This document shows, in pieces, positions 37,511 through 46,334 of a stretch of 64,000 bases of DNA (positions are counted from its first letter, which is position 1; each line of letters begins with the position of its first letter). The notes under the pieces are model-generated. The model saw nothing but the letters and a program-made list of their open reading frames with translations, was not told the DNA's origin and did no database searches. Origin of the DNA: a virus. Lineage: Duplodnaviria; Caudoviricetes. The position numbers were made by a program, and so were the translations under genes. The stretch lies in the IMG/VR virus record IMGVR_UViG_2912765049_000001, positions 32,001 through 96,000 of that record; one strand, written 5' to 3'.

Positions 37511-37577
37511 GTCGTGTCCTCGATTTTTGATCCGAAACGGTCCGCCCCCGGTGAGGTGGGAGCGGCGCGGCAGGGGG

Positions 37578-38870
37578 CTAGCTGAGGGCGGCCACCGCGG
37601 CGGTGAGCGCGGCGGTCAGGAAGTCGATGTCCTCGCCGCTGGAGTTCAGCGGGGGCGCGACGACCAGGCCCTCGCTGCGCGGGTCACCGGCTCCGGTGAA
37701 CGGGTAGAAGAAGACGCCTTGCCGCTCGCACTCCTCCATCAGGGGCCAGAGCAGGCCAGGGGTGACCTCCACTCCGTACAGGTGGCCGAGGCCCCGTACG
37801 TCCCGCACGACCGGCTGTCCGGTCAGGGGCCGCAGGCGCGCCCCGAGCTGTTCTCCGCGCGCCTGGAAGGCGTCGAAGTCCATGGATTCCAGCTCGTCCA
37901 GGACCCCGAGGCAGGCCGCCGCCTGCAGGGGGTGGGTGGCCATGGTGCCCATCGCGGGCAGCGGGTCCGCGCCTTCGCGGCGCAGCAGCGGTGCGAGCTC
38001 GGGCGACACGAGCACCGCACCCACACTGGTGTAGCCGGCGCCGAGGCCCTTGGACAGGATGCACAGGTCGGGATCGGCGCCGTCCCAGTGGTTGCTGGCC
38101 AGGGGGGTGCCGGTGCGCCACAGCCCGGTCAGGACTTCGTCGTGGATGACGAGGACGTTGCGTTCCCGGCAGATCTCCTTGACGCGCCGGAGGTATCCGT
38201 CGGGCGGCACGTAGGCGCCGCCGGTGGTGCCGTTGACGGGTTCCAGGAGGACGGCGGCGACGTTCTCCGCTCCCCTGCTGTCGATCGCCTTCGCCACCTC
38301 GTCGGCGCACGAGGCGTCGCACGAGCCCGCTGCGTGGTGGTGGGTCGGCGGGTAGGGCGCCGGGAAGGCCGGGCCGAGGCCGAGCGCGTCCTCCGGGCGC
38401 GGGCGCCGGGCGTGGTTGCCGGCGAGCCCGAGGGTGAGCGCGCTCATCCCGTGATAGCTCAGGGTGGAGGTCAGGATGTCGCCGCGCCGCTTGCCTCCGC
38501 GGACGCGCGCGATGTTGCGGGCCAGCGCGACGGCGACCTCCACGCCGAGCGTCCCGCACGTGGCCAGTGCGATGGAGTCCTCTGGACGGCCCACTGCGCG
38601 GCACAGTCGGTTCATCAGCTCCAGTTGGGTGTGGGGCCGTACGACGGCGGCGCCGCCGAACGAGGAACGGGGGAACTGCTGCTCGATGCGGGAGAAGACC
38701 TTGGGGCTGCCGTGGCCCACGTTCACGCAGAGGAGGCCGCTCGATCCGTCGAAGATGCGGCGGCCGTCAGCGAGGTGGAGCCAGGGACCGCTCGCCGTCA
38801 CGACGTCGAGGTCGGGTAGTGGGCGGGATGAGGTCAGGAGCCGTTCGCGACTGGATAAGTACCGATCCAC
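37578..38870 (-). CDS. Class III PLP-dependent aminotransferase
   Basis: SYHG, AVLLEP, HDEVLTGLWRTG, DLCILSKGL, RGLG; TTA at codon 5. Confidence 0.95.
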   Translation of the reverse strand: MDRYLSSRERLLTSSRPLPDLDVVTASGPWLHLADGRRIFDGSSGLLCVNVGHGSPKVFSRIEQQFPRSSFGGAAVVRPHTQLELMNRLCRAVGRPEDSIALATCGTLGVEVAVALARNIARVRGGKRRGDILTSTLSYHGMSALTLGLAGNHARRPRPEDALGLGPAFPAPYPPTHHHAAGSCDASCADEVAKAIDSRGAENVAAVLLEPVNGTTGGAYVPPDGYLRRVKEICRERNVLVIHDEVLTGLWRTGTPLASNHWDGADPDLCILSKGLGAGYTSVGAVLVSPELAPLLRREGADPLPAMGTMATHPLQAAACLGVLDELESMDFDAFQARGEQLGARLRPLTGQPVVRDVRGLGHLYGVEVTPGLLWPLMEECERQGVFFYPFTGAGDPRSEGLVVAPPLNSSGEDIDFLTAALTAAVAALS

Positions 38871-39022
38871 GAAAGAAGTCCCTTCTTGGGTGTGCGCATT
38901 GGGGCGCACGGGATCACGGCGGGTCGGTTCATGTGCGGTGGGTGTCCGGGTGTGCGTCGAGCGCGTCCGGTGATGACGAGCGCGACCACTCACGCCCGGA
39001 GAGCTGTCTGTCAGCTGTTCCT

Positions 39023-39060
39023 CACCGTACCCTCAAACCCTTTCTTACGTATAGGGTTTG
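39023..39060 (-). promoter_or_regulatory. Promoter/operator of the enzyme operon, homologous to 7244-7281
   Basis: CAAACCCTATACGTAAGAAAGGGTTTGAGGGTACGGTG. Confidence 0.75.
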
Positions 39061-39253
39061 AATGCCGTTGTGCGGCCCTGCGAAGCACGGTGGGGGTACA
39101 TCTCGAGCATGGCGCCCTGCCGGACGCGACGTCATTGCTCCTTGGCGCGCGGAACATTGCGGGACGCCGTCAATGGCCACGAGTCCACTGCCCCGGGCGT
39201 TGGGTGCTCCGCTACCGTGAGCGGCCCGGGCCACGCATCCACGGGGGTGTGCC

Positions 39254-40670
39254 ATGGCGACAGTGACCCGCTCGCGCCGCGCGGCGATCCAGCGGGAGGC
39301 CGTACAGATCCGGATGCGGTGCCAGCGCTCGGGACATTCGACCGAGCGCACCGTGGCGGCGATCCGCGCGAGTCTGCCCGAGGTCTCTGCGCTCGAGGCG
39401 TGGCGGCTGGCGCTGGGCTGGTCACGGGCGGACACCGTCACCCAAGTCGCCGCGCTCTACCGGGCCGACGGGTTACAGCCCCCGGGCCTTTCGGAGTCGA
39501 TGCTGTGCCGCTGGGAACATGATCAGGAACGGCCGGGAGCGGAATACGCCGTGATGCTGTGCCGGGCCTACGGAGCACGGCTCGAACACCTGGGCCTGGG
39601 CCGTTGGGCCGGTGAAGGCGCTGGCCTTCGGTACCGTCTCCCGGAGCCCGTCGCGTGGGTGTCCGGCCCGCGGGAAGAGATGGAGCCGATGACCACTGAC
39701 GCCGGCCTTCCGGCCGTACGAGAATCTCTGCAGCTCGCCCTCCTCGCCGATCCGCAGGGCAGTCCGCTCGCGGCCCACTTGGCGGAGGCCGCTGTCGAGC
39801 ACTACGACCTCAACTACTCCAAGCACCCGCCGCAGACCTTGTTCAAGGAGATCCGCGACACCAGGGCCCTGCTCATGCCCGTGATGCAGGCCGCCGGCAG
39901 CACCCCCCCACACCGTCGAACTGCAGCGGCAGGTGGCCCGGCTGTCCGCACTGCTGGGCAACCTTGCCTTCCACCTCGACGACACGACCGGCGCGCGGAC
40001 CCATCTGGGTACCGCGGCCACCTACAGTGAGCGAGTGGGTGATGCGCGCCTGGTGGCTTGGGCGTGGGGCGCGCTGAGCTTGGTGGCCCGGTCCACCAAG
40101 CGGTACGAGCTGGCCTTGTCCCACGCCCAACGTGGCGCTGCCCAGGCCCCCGCCGGGCTCGTACGCGCGCAACTGCACGCCTGGGCTCTGCTGCCCTCCC
40201 TGGCGGCGCTCGGGCGCGGTCCGGAAGCGGACGCCGCGCTTGCGACCGCCATGCACGAACTGGAGACCGACGGCACCGGATCCGCGCCCGGCCGGTTCGG
40301 CTTTGACGAACCGGAACTTGCGCTGCACCAGGCCGAAGCCCACCTAGCGCTGGGCCGCGCCGAGCAGGCCGCGGCCCGGGCCGAAGCCTCCGCCGGCGGC
40401 TGCATCCTCGCCACGCCTGGCTGGGCAGCCGCCACCTTGGTCCTCGCCCGGGCCGAGGCCGCAGAACGCCCCGAGGATGCGGCCAGCCGCGCCCTGGATG
40501 TCCTCGACCGCGTTCCCCCTGCCCGGCTGCGCTCGACCGCCCGCGCCCGGCTCTCGCGCCTCGACGGCCAGCTGGCGGCGAGGACGGCGGGCCCCGTGGC
40601 CGACCTGCACGAAAGGCTGCAGCTGCTGCCTCCGCCCGTCGACGCCCACGGAGGCTCGGCCACAGCCTGA
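39254..40670 (+). pseudogene. XRE-family regulator with TPR-like C-terminus, frameshifted at a C7 run
   Basis: LEAWRLALGWS...SESMLCRWE...LCRAYG; removing one C at 39903-39909 joins the two ORFs; TTA at 39473. Confidence 0.8.
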
Positions 40671-40779
40671 GCAGGACGGATGATGTCCCCCGGAACGGGC
40701 CGGGTGCCGTGCCATGATTAAGACGACATGACGGCCGGACACACCGTCAGTCGGGCACCCCGCCCATGACGATGCGTAG

Positions 40780-40847
40780 ATCGCGCAGGCTCTGGGGGTG
40801 GGCGCAACTCCGCAGCGGACTGCGCCCACCCCCAGAGCCTGCGCGAT
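40780..40847. repeat. Perfect 27-bp inverted repeat
   Basis: ATCGCGCAGGCTCTGGGGGTGGGCGCA-N14-reverse complement. Confidence 0.9.
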
Positions 40848-40877
40848 TCCCTGGGACTGAACGAGTGAGGGGACATT

Positions 40878-41558
40878 GTGGCCAGGCGCACGACGGCCTA
40901 CCGACGCGTCGCCCAGGAGCTGCGCGACCAAATCGGCGACGGCACGCTCAAGCCGAACGACCGCATCCCGTCGCTGACGGAACTGCAGGAGACATTCGGG
41001 GTCTCGGACACCGTGATCCTGGAGGCCCGCAAGGTCCTGGTCGCCGAGGGCCTGCTGATCGCCCGCACCGGCGACGGCACGTACGTCCGCGAGCGGCCGG
41101 AGCCGCAGCGCCTGGTGCACCACGCCCCGGACGATCCGGAAGAGCCGCTTTTCCGGCTGGAGGCGGCCGAGTCCGGGCTGTTCCCCGACATCGTCGAGGT
41201 GGAGGCGGAGACCACCGTGCCCGCGCCGGCCGCCGTGGCGCGGTGGCTGGACGTCAAGACGTCGAGGAAGGTCAAGCGCCGGGTGCGCCTGTTCCGGCAT
41301 GACGAGATGCCAGTGCAGCTGCTCACCGTGTACACGCTGGCGAGCGGGAAGACCGACGCGTCCGGCGTGGAGGAACAGGTCACCTCCCGGCCGGCGCTGG
41401 ACACAGAGGCCCGAGCCCTCGAGGGCGTGGTGGGCCAGCCGGTCACGGTGGCGACACGGATCGAGCGCCCGGCGGCGGGCCGGGCGCGCGTGCTGGAGAC
41501 GGTCGTCCTCGCCGAGCGGTACACCCTGGTCTACCGGCCCACGTCCGGCCCGGCATGA
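40878..41558 (+). CDS. GntR-family (Kor-like) regulator with UTRA-like C-terminus
   Basis: YRRVAQELRDQI...IPSLTELQETFGVS...GDGTYVR. Confidence 0.9.
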   Translation: MARRTTAYRRVAQELRDQIGDGTLKPNDRIPSLTELQETFGVSDTVILEARKVLVAEGLLIARTGDGTYVRERPEPQRLVHHAPDDPEEPLFRLEAAESGLFPDIVEVEAETTVPAPAAVARWLDVKTSRKVKRRVRLFRHDEMPVQLLTVYTLASGKTDASGVEEQVTSRPALDTEARALEGVVGQPVTVATRIERPAAGRARVLETVVLAERYTLVYRPTSGPA

Positions 41559-41588
41559 CGAAACCCCGGCCACGGGGCCGGGGTTCGT
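41558..41588. terminator. Bidirectional terminator
   Basis: AACCCCGGCC-ACGG-GGCCGGGGTT between convergent genes. Confidence 0.7.
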
Positions 41589-41668
41589 GAAAGCAGACCT
41601 GCCCGAGGGCCGGACTACGCCGTGATCGTAGCTCCGGTGAGGGCCGTCATCCAGCAGGTTCCCGGCGG

Positions 41669-42295
41669 TCAGCCGCGCCCGACCGCGACGAGCGCCTCGG
41701 CCAGGGCGGACTGGACGGCACCGACGTACGCCTGGAAGGCGGCCGTACGGTTGCCGCGGTTCCCACGGGACAGGTCACCGCCGACGAAGAACGCCGCCCG
41801 CTGAGCGGTGCTGATCTCCAATTGCACGCCCGCCTTGCGGGTGTTCTGATTGCAGATGTTCTCCGGGGCGCCGCCGTCGAGCTCCGGGGAAGCGAGCTGC
41901 ACCACGAACCCCGCCTGGGACAGCGCCAGCCCCACGCGGTCGCGCAGCGGGTAGTCCAGGCCGCCGAGGTTCGTCAGCGGCGCGGTCCCGGCGCAGCCGT
42001 GCCAGGACACGGTGTGCGTGGCCGCCCGGGCGAGCGCCAGGGCGTTGGGCTCGTCGAAAGCGGTGCTGGTGATGTGCAGCTCGGCGTTGCCCGACGCCTT
42101 CATGCCGTCGAAGACGTACAGGTCGTGGATCCCGCTGGCCGCGGCCTCAGCGAGTTCGCCCGTTCCCTGCTCGATGCCGCCGCCGTGGATGGCCAGGTGG
42201 AGCAGCGTGGAGACGGGCGACCTGCGCCAGTTGCGCTGGTAGTCGAGCCCCTCGAGGTGCTCGTGGGCCAGGTCCGTGTACGAGGTGTACGGCAT
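41669..42295 (-). CDS. Poly-gamma-glutamate hydrolase family (PghP/YjqB-like)
   Basis: HGGGIEQGT, LHITSTAFDEP, SWHG, NICN, GVQLEIS. Confidence 0.9.
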   Translation of the reverse strand: MPYTSYTDLAHEHLEGLDYQRNWRRSPVSTLLHLAIHGGGIEQGTGELAEAAASGIHDLYVFDGMKASGNAELHITSTAFDEPNALALARAATHTVSWHGCAGTAPLTNLGGLDYPLRDRVGLALSQAGFVVQLASPELDGGAPENICNQNTRKAGVQLEISTAQRAAFFVGGDLSRGNRGNRTAAFQAYVGAVQSALAEALVAVGRG

Positions 42296-42323
42296 GAGTC
42301 GCGGGGCTCCTTCGGGTGGGTGG

Positions 42324-42560
42324 TCAGTGGCCCAGGACGGCCCAGACGAGGGCGCCCAGGGCGATGAGCACGCTGAGGGCGGGCAGCGGCCAGCGGGTGC
42401 GCTCGAGCGCGGCGACCCGCTCTTCGAGTTCCTCGACCGCCTTGTCGGTCTGGTCCGAGCGCTGCACGAGCAGGGCCAGCTGGCCGTCGATGCGCGCGAG
42501 CCCGACTTCGAGGGCGCGCCGGAGTTCGGCCAGCTCCAGGGCGACGTCTCCGTCGGGCAC
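42324..42560 (-). CDS. Lysis-cassette coiled-coil membrane protein
   Basis: Coiled coil plus C-terminal TM helix; follows holin. Confidence 0.75.
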   Translation of the reverse strand: MPDGDVALELAELRRALEVGLARIDGQLALLVQRSDQTDKAVEELEERVAALERTRWPLPALSVLIALGALVWAVLGH

Positions 42561-42574
42561 GGCGTACTCCTAGG

Positions 42575-42829
42575 TCAGAGGCGGGCGGTGGGGTCGGACT
42601 TGGCCGGCAGCCACGAGGCGGTGCCGATCTGGCCGAGGCGGGTGCCGATGGCGCCCTTGACGACGGTCAGCGCGGCGGGGAGCGCCGCGACGGAGGCGGT
42701 CTGCAGCACGGACAGGTCGACGATGTCGGTGACCGCTCCGGCGAGCAGGAGGCCGAGGAACGCCTCGACGTAGGTCAGGACGGTGCGCTCGGCGACGTCG
42801 GCGAGGGCCTTGCGGGCGGACTGGGGCAT
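42575..42829 (-). CDS. Holin (r1t-like)
   Basis: AERTVLTYVEAF, two TM segments, downstream of endolysin. Confidence 0.8.
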   Translation of the reverse strand: MPQSARKALADVAERTVLTYVEAFLGLLLAGAVTDIVDLSVLQTASVAALPAALTVVKGAIGTRLGQIGTASWLPAKSDPTARL

Positions 42830-42849
42830 GGGTGAACTCCCTTGGGATG

Positions 42850-44052
42850 TCAGGTGGTTGCGGTGAAGGCGTGCCGGGCGGCCAGCCGCTTGAGCGAGGC
42901 GAGGCCGGGGACGCCGTCGGCGGCGGAGCCGGTGTAGGAGCCGCCGGCCTTGCTGCGCTGCCAGGCGGCGTACGCGGTGACGGTCTTGGAGCCGAAGGAG
43001 CCGTCGGCGAACTCGCGCTTCAGGAGGCCCTCGGCGACCAGGGCGTCCTCGACGATGCGGACCTCGGTCGGGTAGGTGGTGTGTCCCTCGGCGGCCGGGA
43101 CGTCCTTCTTCGCCGCGGCGACCAGGTGGGCCACGCTGACCTTTGGCTTGGCCGGGGTGGGCGCCGGGTCGGCCGGGGCGGTCGCCTTGTACAGGACCTT
43201 GACCGTGCTGATCGCGCCCGGGTCCTGGTGGTCGTTGCCCGGAACGTCGCCGTGCGAGAAGTGGCCGCCCTTGGACTGCCAGACGCTGCGCGAGCGCGCC
43301 TTGCCCGCCCCCGGGTACTTCGCCGGGGGCCCGGCCGGGAAGACGTCCGGCACGCCCCAGGAGCGGGCCGCGGACAGGATCTTCTGCCAGCCCGGCTTCT
43401 TCGCCGGGTCCCAGCCGTTGGTCCACGGGCTCTTGGCGTAGCCGAGGACCTCGATCTGGATGCAGACGCGTCCCTCGCGATTGGTGCGGCGGGTGCCGTC
43501 GTTGCGCAGCGCCCGGCCGCTCTGGTTGAGCGGGCCGAACTGCCCGACCCGGTCGGTCACGGGGCAGTAGATGAGCTGCGGTTCGGAGGCGACCCGGATC
43601 AGGTACGAGCCGACCGACTCGAGGTACTTGCCGCCGGCCGGGGACTCGGTGCTGTGGTGCACGACCCGCGGGGGGTTGCCAGGGGTGTCCATCGCGCCGC
43701 CGATGGACCCGTCGCCGAGCCGGATCGCGCCGGAGATCCACACGGTGCCGGTGGCACCTCGCGGCAGCTCGTCCGCACCGGGCAGGTCGCCGGTGAGCGC
43801 GCCGACGGCCGGTTCGGGGTCCGGGCGCCGGATGATGAACGGCTCGGCACCCACCGGCTCGTACCAGTCCAGGTCACCGTCGTCGCGCAGCACGAACACG
43901 GTGCCCGGGCGACTGGAGTGCTCCCGGGTGAAGCGCGGCACGGTGTCGATCTCGGCGATGGCGCGGGCGGTGTCGACGTGCGCCTGGTCGACCTCGCCGC
44001 AGTAGGTGACGGACTGGTTGGGGTGAACGACGGCAGCGTGGTAGGTGGGCAT
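42850..44052 (-). CDS. Endolysin: amidase-2-like plus peptidoglycan-binding domain
   Basis: VVHHSTE, IQIEV, HGDVPGNDHQDPG; DGSFGSKT...ADGVPG. Confidence 0.85.
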   Translation of the reverse strand: MPTYHAAVVHPNQSVTYCGEVDQAHVDTARAIAEIDTVPRFTREHSSRPGTVFVLRDDGDLDWYEPVGAEPFIIRRPDPEPAVGALTGDLPGADELPRGATGTVWISGAIRLGDGSIGGAMDTPGNPPRVVHHSTESPAGGKYLESVGSYLIRVASEPQLIYCPVTDRVGQFGPLNQSGRALRNDGTRRTNREGRVCIQIEVLGYAKSPWTNGWDPAKKPGWQKILSAARSWGVPDVFPAGPPAKYPGAGKARSRSVWQSKGGHFSHGDVPGNDHQDPGAISTVKVLYKATAPADPAPTPAKPKVSVAHLVAAAKKDVPAAEGHTTYPTEVRIVEDALVAEGLLKREFADGSFGSKTVTAYAAWQRSKAGGSYTGSAADGVPGLASLKRLAARHAFTATT

Positions 44053-44061
44053 GGCTCCTCG

Positions 44062-44880
44062 TCAGGCGTGGAGTTGGATCGCGTCGATCTGCTCGCGCAA
44101 CGCGACGTAGGTGGACAGGCGCAGGAAGAAGTCGCCGTCGTGCCCCCAGCTGGGGCTCCAGGAGTTGCGCAGCCGCAGCACGGTGCGCTCCGGGATCACG
44201 CGGCCGTCCGGGTACTGGGCGACGTCCTCGAGGCCGATGGCGCACACCTCGTGGCCGCCGGCGAGCCCGGAGGTGCGCCAGTACGGGACGGCGTCGACGA
44301 AGCCGTCGCGGCCGGGGGTGAACCAGGCGTTGAACCAGGGCAGGCCGAGCAGGACCGGTCCGTCCTGCAGGGCGGCGGCGAGGGCGTCGGCGTCCAGGGC
44401 GTGGGTGTAGGAGCCGATCAGACCGCGGGCCTTGAGGGCACGGGCAGTACCGAGGCCGGAGCTGCCGCTGTCGGCGGGCGGCCACTGGTAGGGCACGAAC
44501 TCGTCGAGCGCGGTCGCCTCGGTGTACAGGCCGATCGCCCACCGTTCGGCCTGCGCCGCGTCGTTGGTGGGCAGCCCGGCGTGTGCGAGGGCGTCGGGGG
44601 CGAGCAGCACGGACAGGGCCACGGCTGCGGCGTTCGCCGTGCACGAGCCGAGCGCGTCGACGTCCGGGGCGCCGGGCACGATGGTGGAGGTGCGGATGCT
44701 CTGGCTGTAGAGGTCCTGCTGGTTCAGCACCGGGATGGCAGGCTGCCAGTGGACGGGCCGCAGGGCCTCGCCGCGGTGGCGCCGGACGTGGGCCAGCGAG
44801 CGGGCGTCGAGGACTTGGTGGCGGCCGAGCGCCGGGTGTGGGGTGTAGTGGCGTACGAGAACGCCGTGTGTGATGGGCAC
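44062..44880 (-). CDS. Papain-like (C1-type) cysteine peptidase
   Basis: LNQ...GSCTANA, GGHEV, RNSWSPSWG. Confidence 0.85.
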   Translation of the reverse strand: MPITHGVLVRHYTPHPALGRHQVLDARSLAHVRRHRGEALRPVHWQPAIPVLNQQDLYSQSIRTSTIVPGAPDVDALGSCTANAAAVALSVLLAPDALAHAGLPTNDAAQAERWAIGLYTEATALDEFVPYQWPPADSGSSGLGTARALKARGLIGSYTHALDADALAAALQDGPVLLGLPWFNAWFTPGRDGFVDAVPYWRTSGLAGGHEVCAIGLEDVAQYPDGRVIPERTVLRLRNSWSPSWGHDGDFFLRLSTYVALREQIDAIQLHA

Positions 44881-45099
44881 CGACTGGTCCGCTTCTCCCC
44901 CGCGCCCCAGATGGGCTTGGCCACCGGCCCGCGCACGGCGGATTCGGATGGCTCCCTCGGGGGTGTGGTGCGGACCGCGAAGCGGTGGCGTGTGGGCGGA
45001 GGGTCGCCCGCAGGTGCCGTGATCAATGATAGGTGCGGTCCCGCGCGGGCCCGGCCCGCGTGCCCGTGCCGTCCGGACTGCCCGCGGGCCGGGAGCCGT

Positions 45100-46094
45100 T
45101 CAGGTTCCGTCGATCAGGCGCTCGGCCAGGTACGGCGACCAAGTGCCCGCCGTGATGCCCTGGCCGATTCCGCAGGAGCCGTCCGAGTCGCCGGGGTACT
45201 TCACCCACAGCAGGTAGTCGGCGCCCGCGACGCCGATCGAACTGGGCACGCCCAGGCGTCGTCCGGCGGGGTTGCACCAGTCGACGTGCTGCCCGACCTC
45301 GTTCATGGCGCCGTTGCCGTTGCGGGCGGTGTCCACGACGAAGCCCTTGTTGGGCACCCCGAGGCGGGCGAGTTCGGCGGTGATCTGGGAGGCATAGGTG
45401 CAGCACACGTCGACGGCGTCGAAGTTGGCGACGTTGACCGCGAAGCCGCGGACCTGGGCGACGCCGGCGTCCTTCAGGCGGGCGGCGATCTCCGGCGGGC
45501 GGATCCAGGTGGCGTTGCCGCCGTCGAGGTAGACGGTGGTGGCGGGACGCGCGGCGAGGGCCTGCGCGGCATAGGCGACCAGGGCGGTGCGTTCGGCGCG
45601 GGCCGCGTCCGAGGGGAGGTTGCCGAGCTGGGCCAGGGAGTCGGGCTCGAGGATCACCAGGGCCGGGCGGTCGCCGATGCCAGCCGCGGCGGCGTCGATC
45701 CATGTCCGGTAGGCGTCCGGGGACGGCGAACCGCCGGAGCTCTGCCCGCCGTTGTCGCGGTTGAACATGTTGTACAGGGCGACGATGGGCATCTGTCCGT
45801 GGGCGGCGGCTGCGGCGACGTATGCGTCGAGGTCGGCCTGGATGTCCTTGTTCCAGTCGCCGAACCAGCGGGCGCCCGGGCGGCGGGCGATGGACCGCTC
45901 GAGCTTCTTGGCGCGCGGGTCGTCCGGGTTCAGCGTCAGCCACTTGGCGGCGTTGGAGTCGGGGTCGACGTAGAAGCCCTCCTTCACGGTCGAGCAGGTC
46001 AGCCGGACCTCGGTGAGGTAGACGGTGACGGCGCTGGACTGTCCGAGCTGGAAGGAGAGCTGGCCGGCGGTCGTCATCGTGGAGGTGAAGCTGA
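45100..46094 (-). pseudogene. CBM4-GH6 cellulase, 3' part (GH6 catalytic domain)
   Basis: FYVDPDS, NRD, ILEPDSL, VYLDGG, FAVNVANF, VVDTARNGNG, WCNP, LWVKYPGDSDG. Confidence 0.9.
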
Positions 46095-46334
46095 GAAGCT
46101 GTTTCAGAACCGGAGATCCGTGACGTTCTGTAACGGATGGCAGAGTCGTTCCGCTGTGTGTCGGGTATGGGGGCGTGTTCGCGCATAAGCGGGCAAGCCC
46201 GCACACGAAGCGGGGTATTTTCTGTCGTTTGTGGTGACCTGGGGGCGGGCGGCGGAGCGTGGAAGGTCTACGCGGGCCGGAGCGGTGGTGGCCGGTGAAG
46301 TGCCGGCCTTTTCGGGCCCCTGGGAGCGTGTGCC

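Noticed and set aside
37578-38993. RiPP (daptide-like) cluster around the aminotransferase; longer 471-aa start
   Set aside because: No precursor peptide, peptidase or methyltransferase is seen; the upstream extension is low-complexity and the RBS favours GTG 38870
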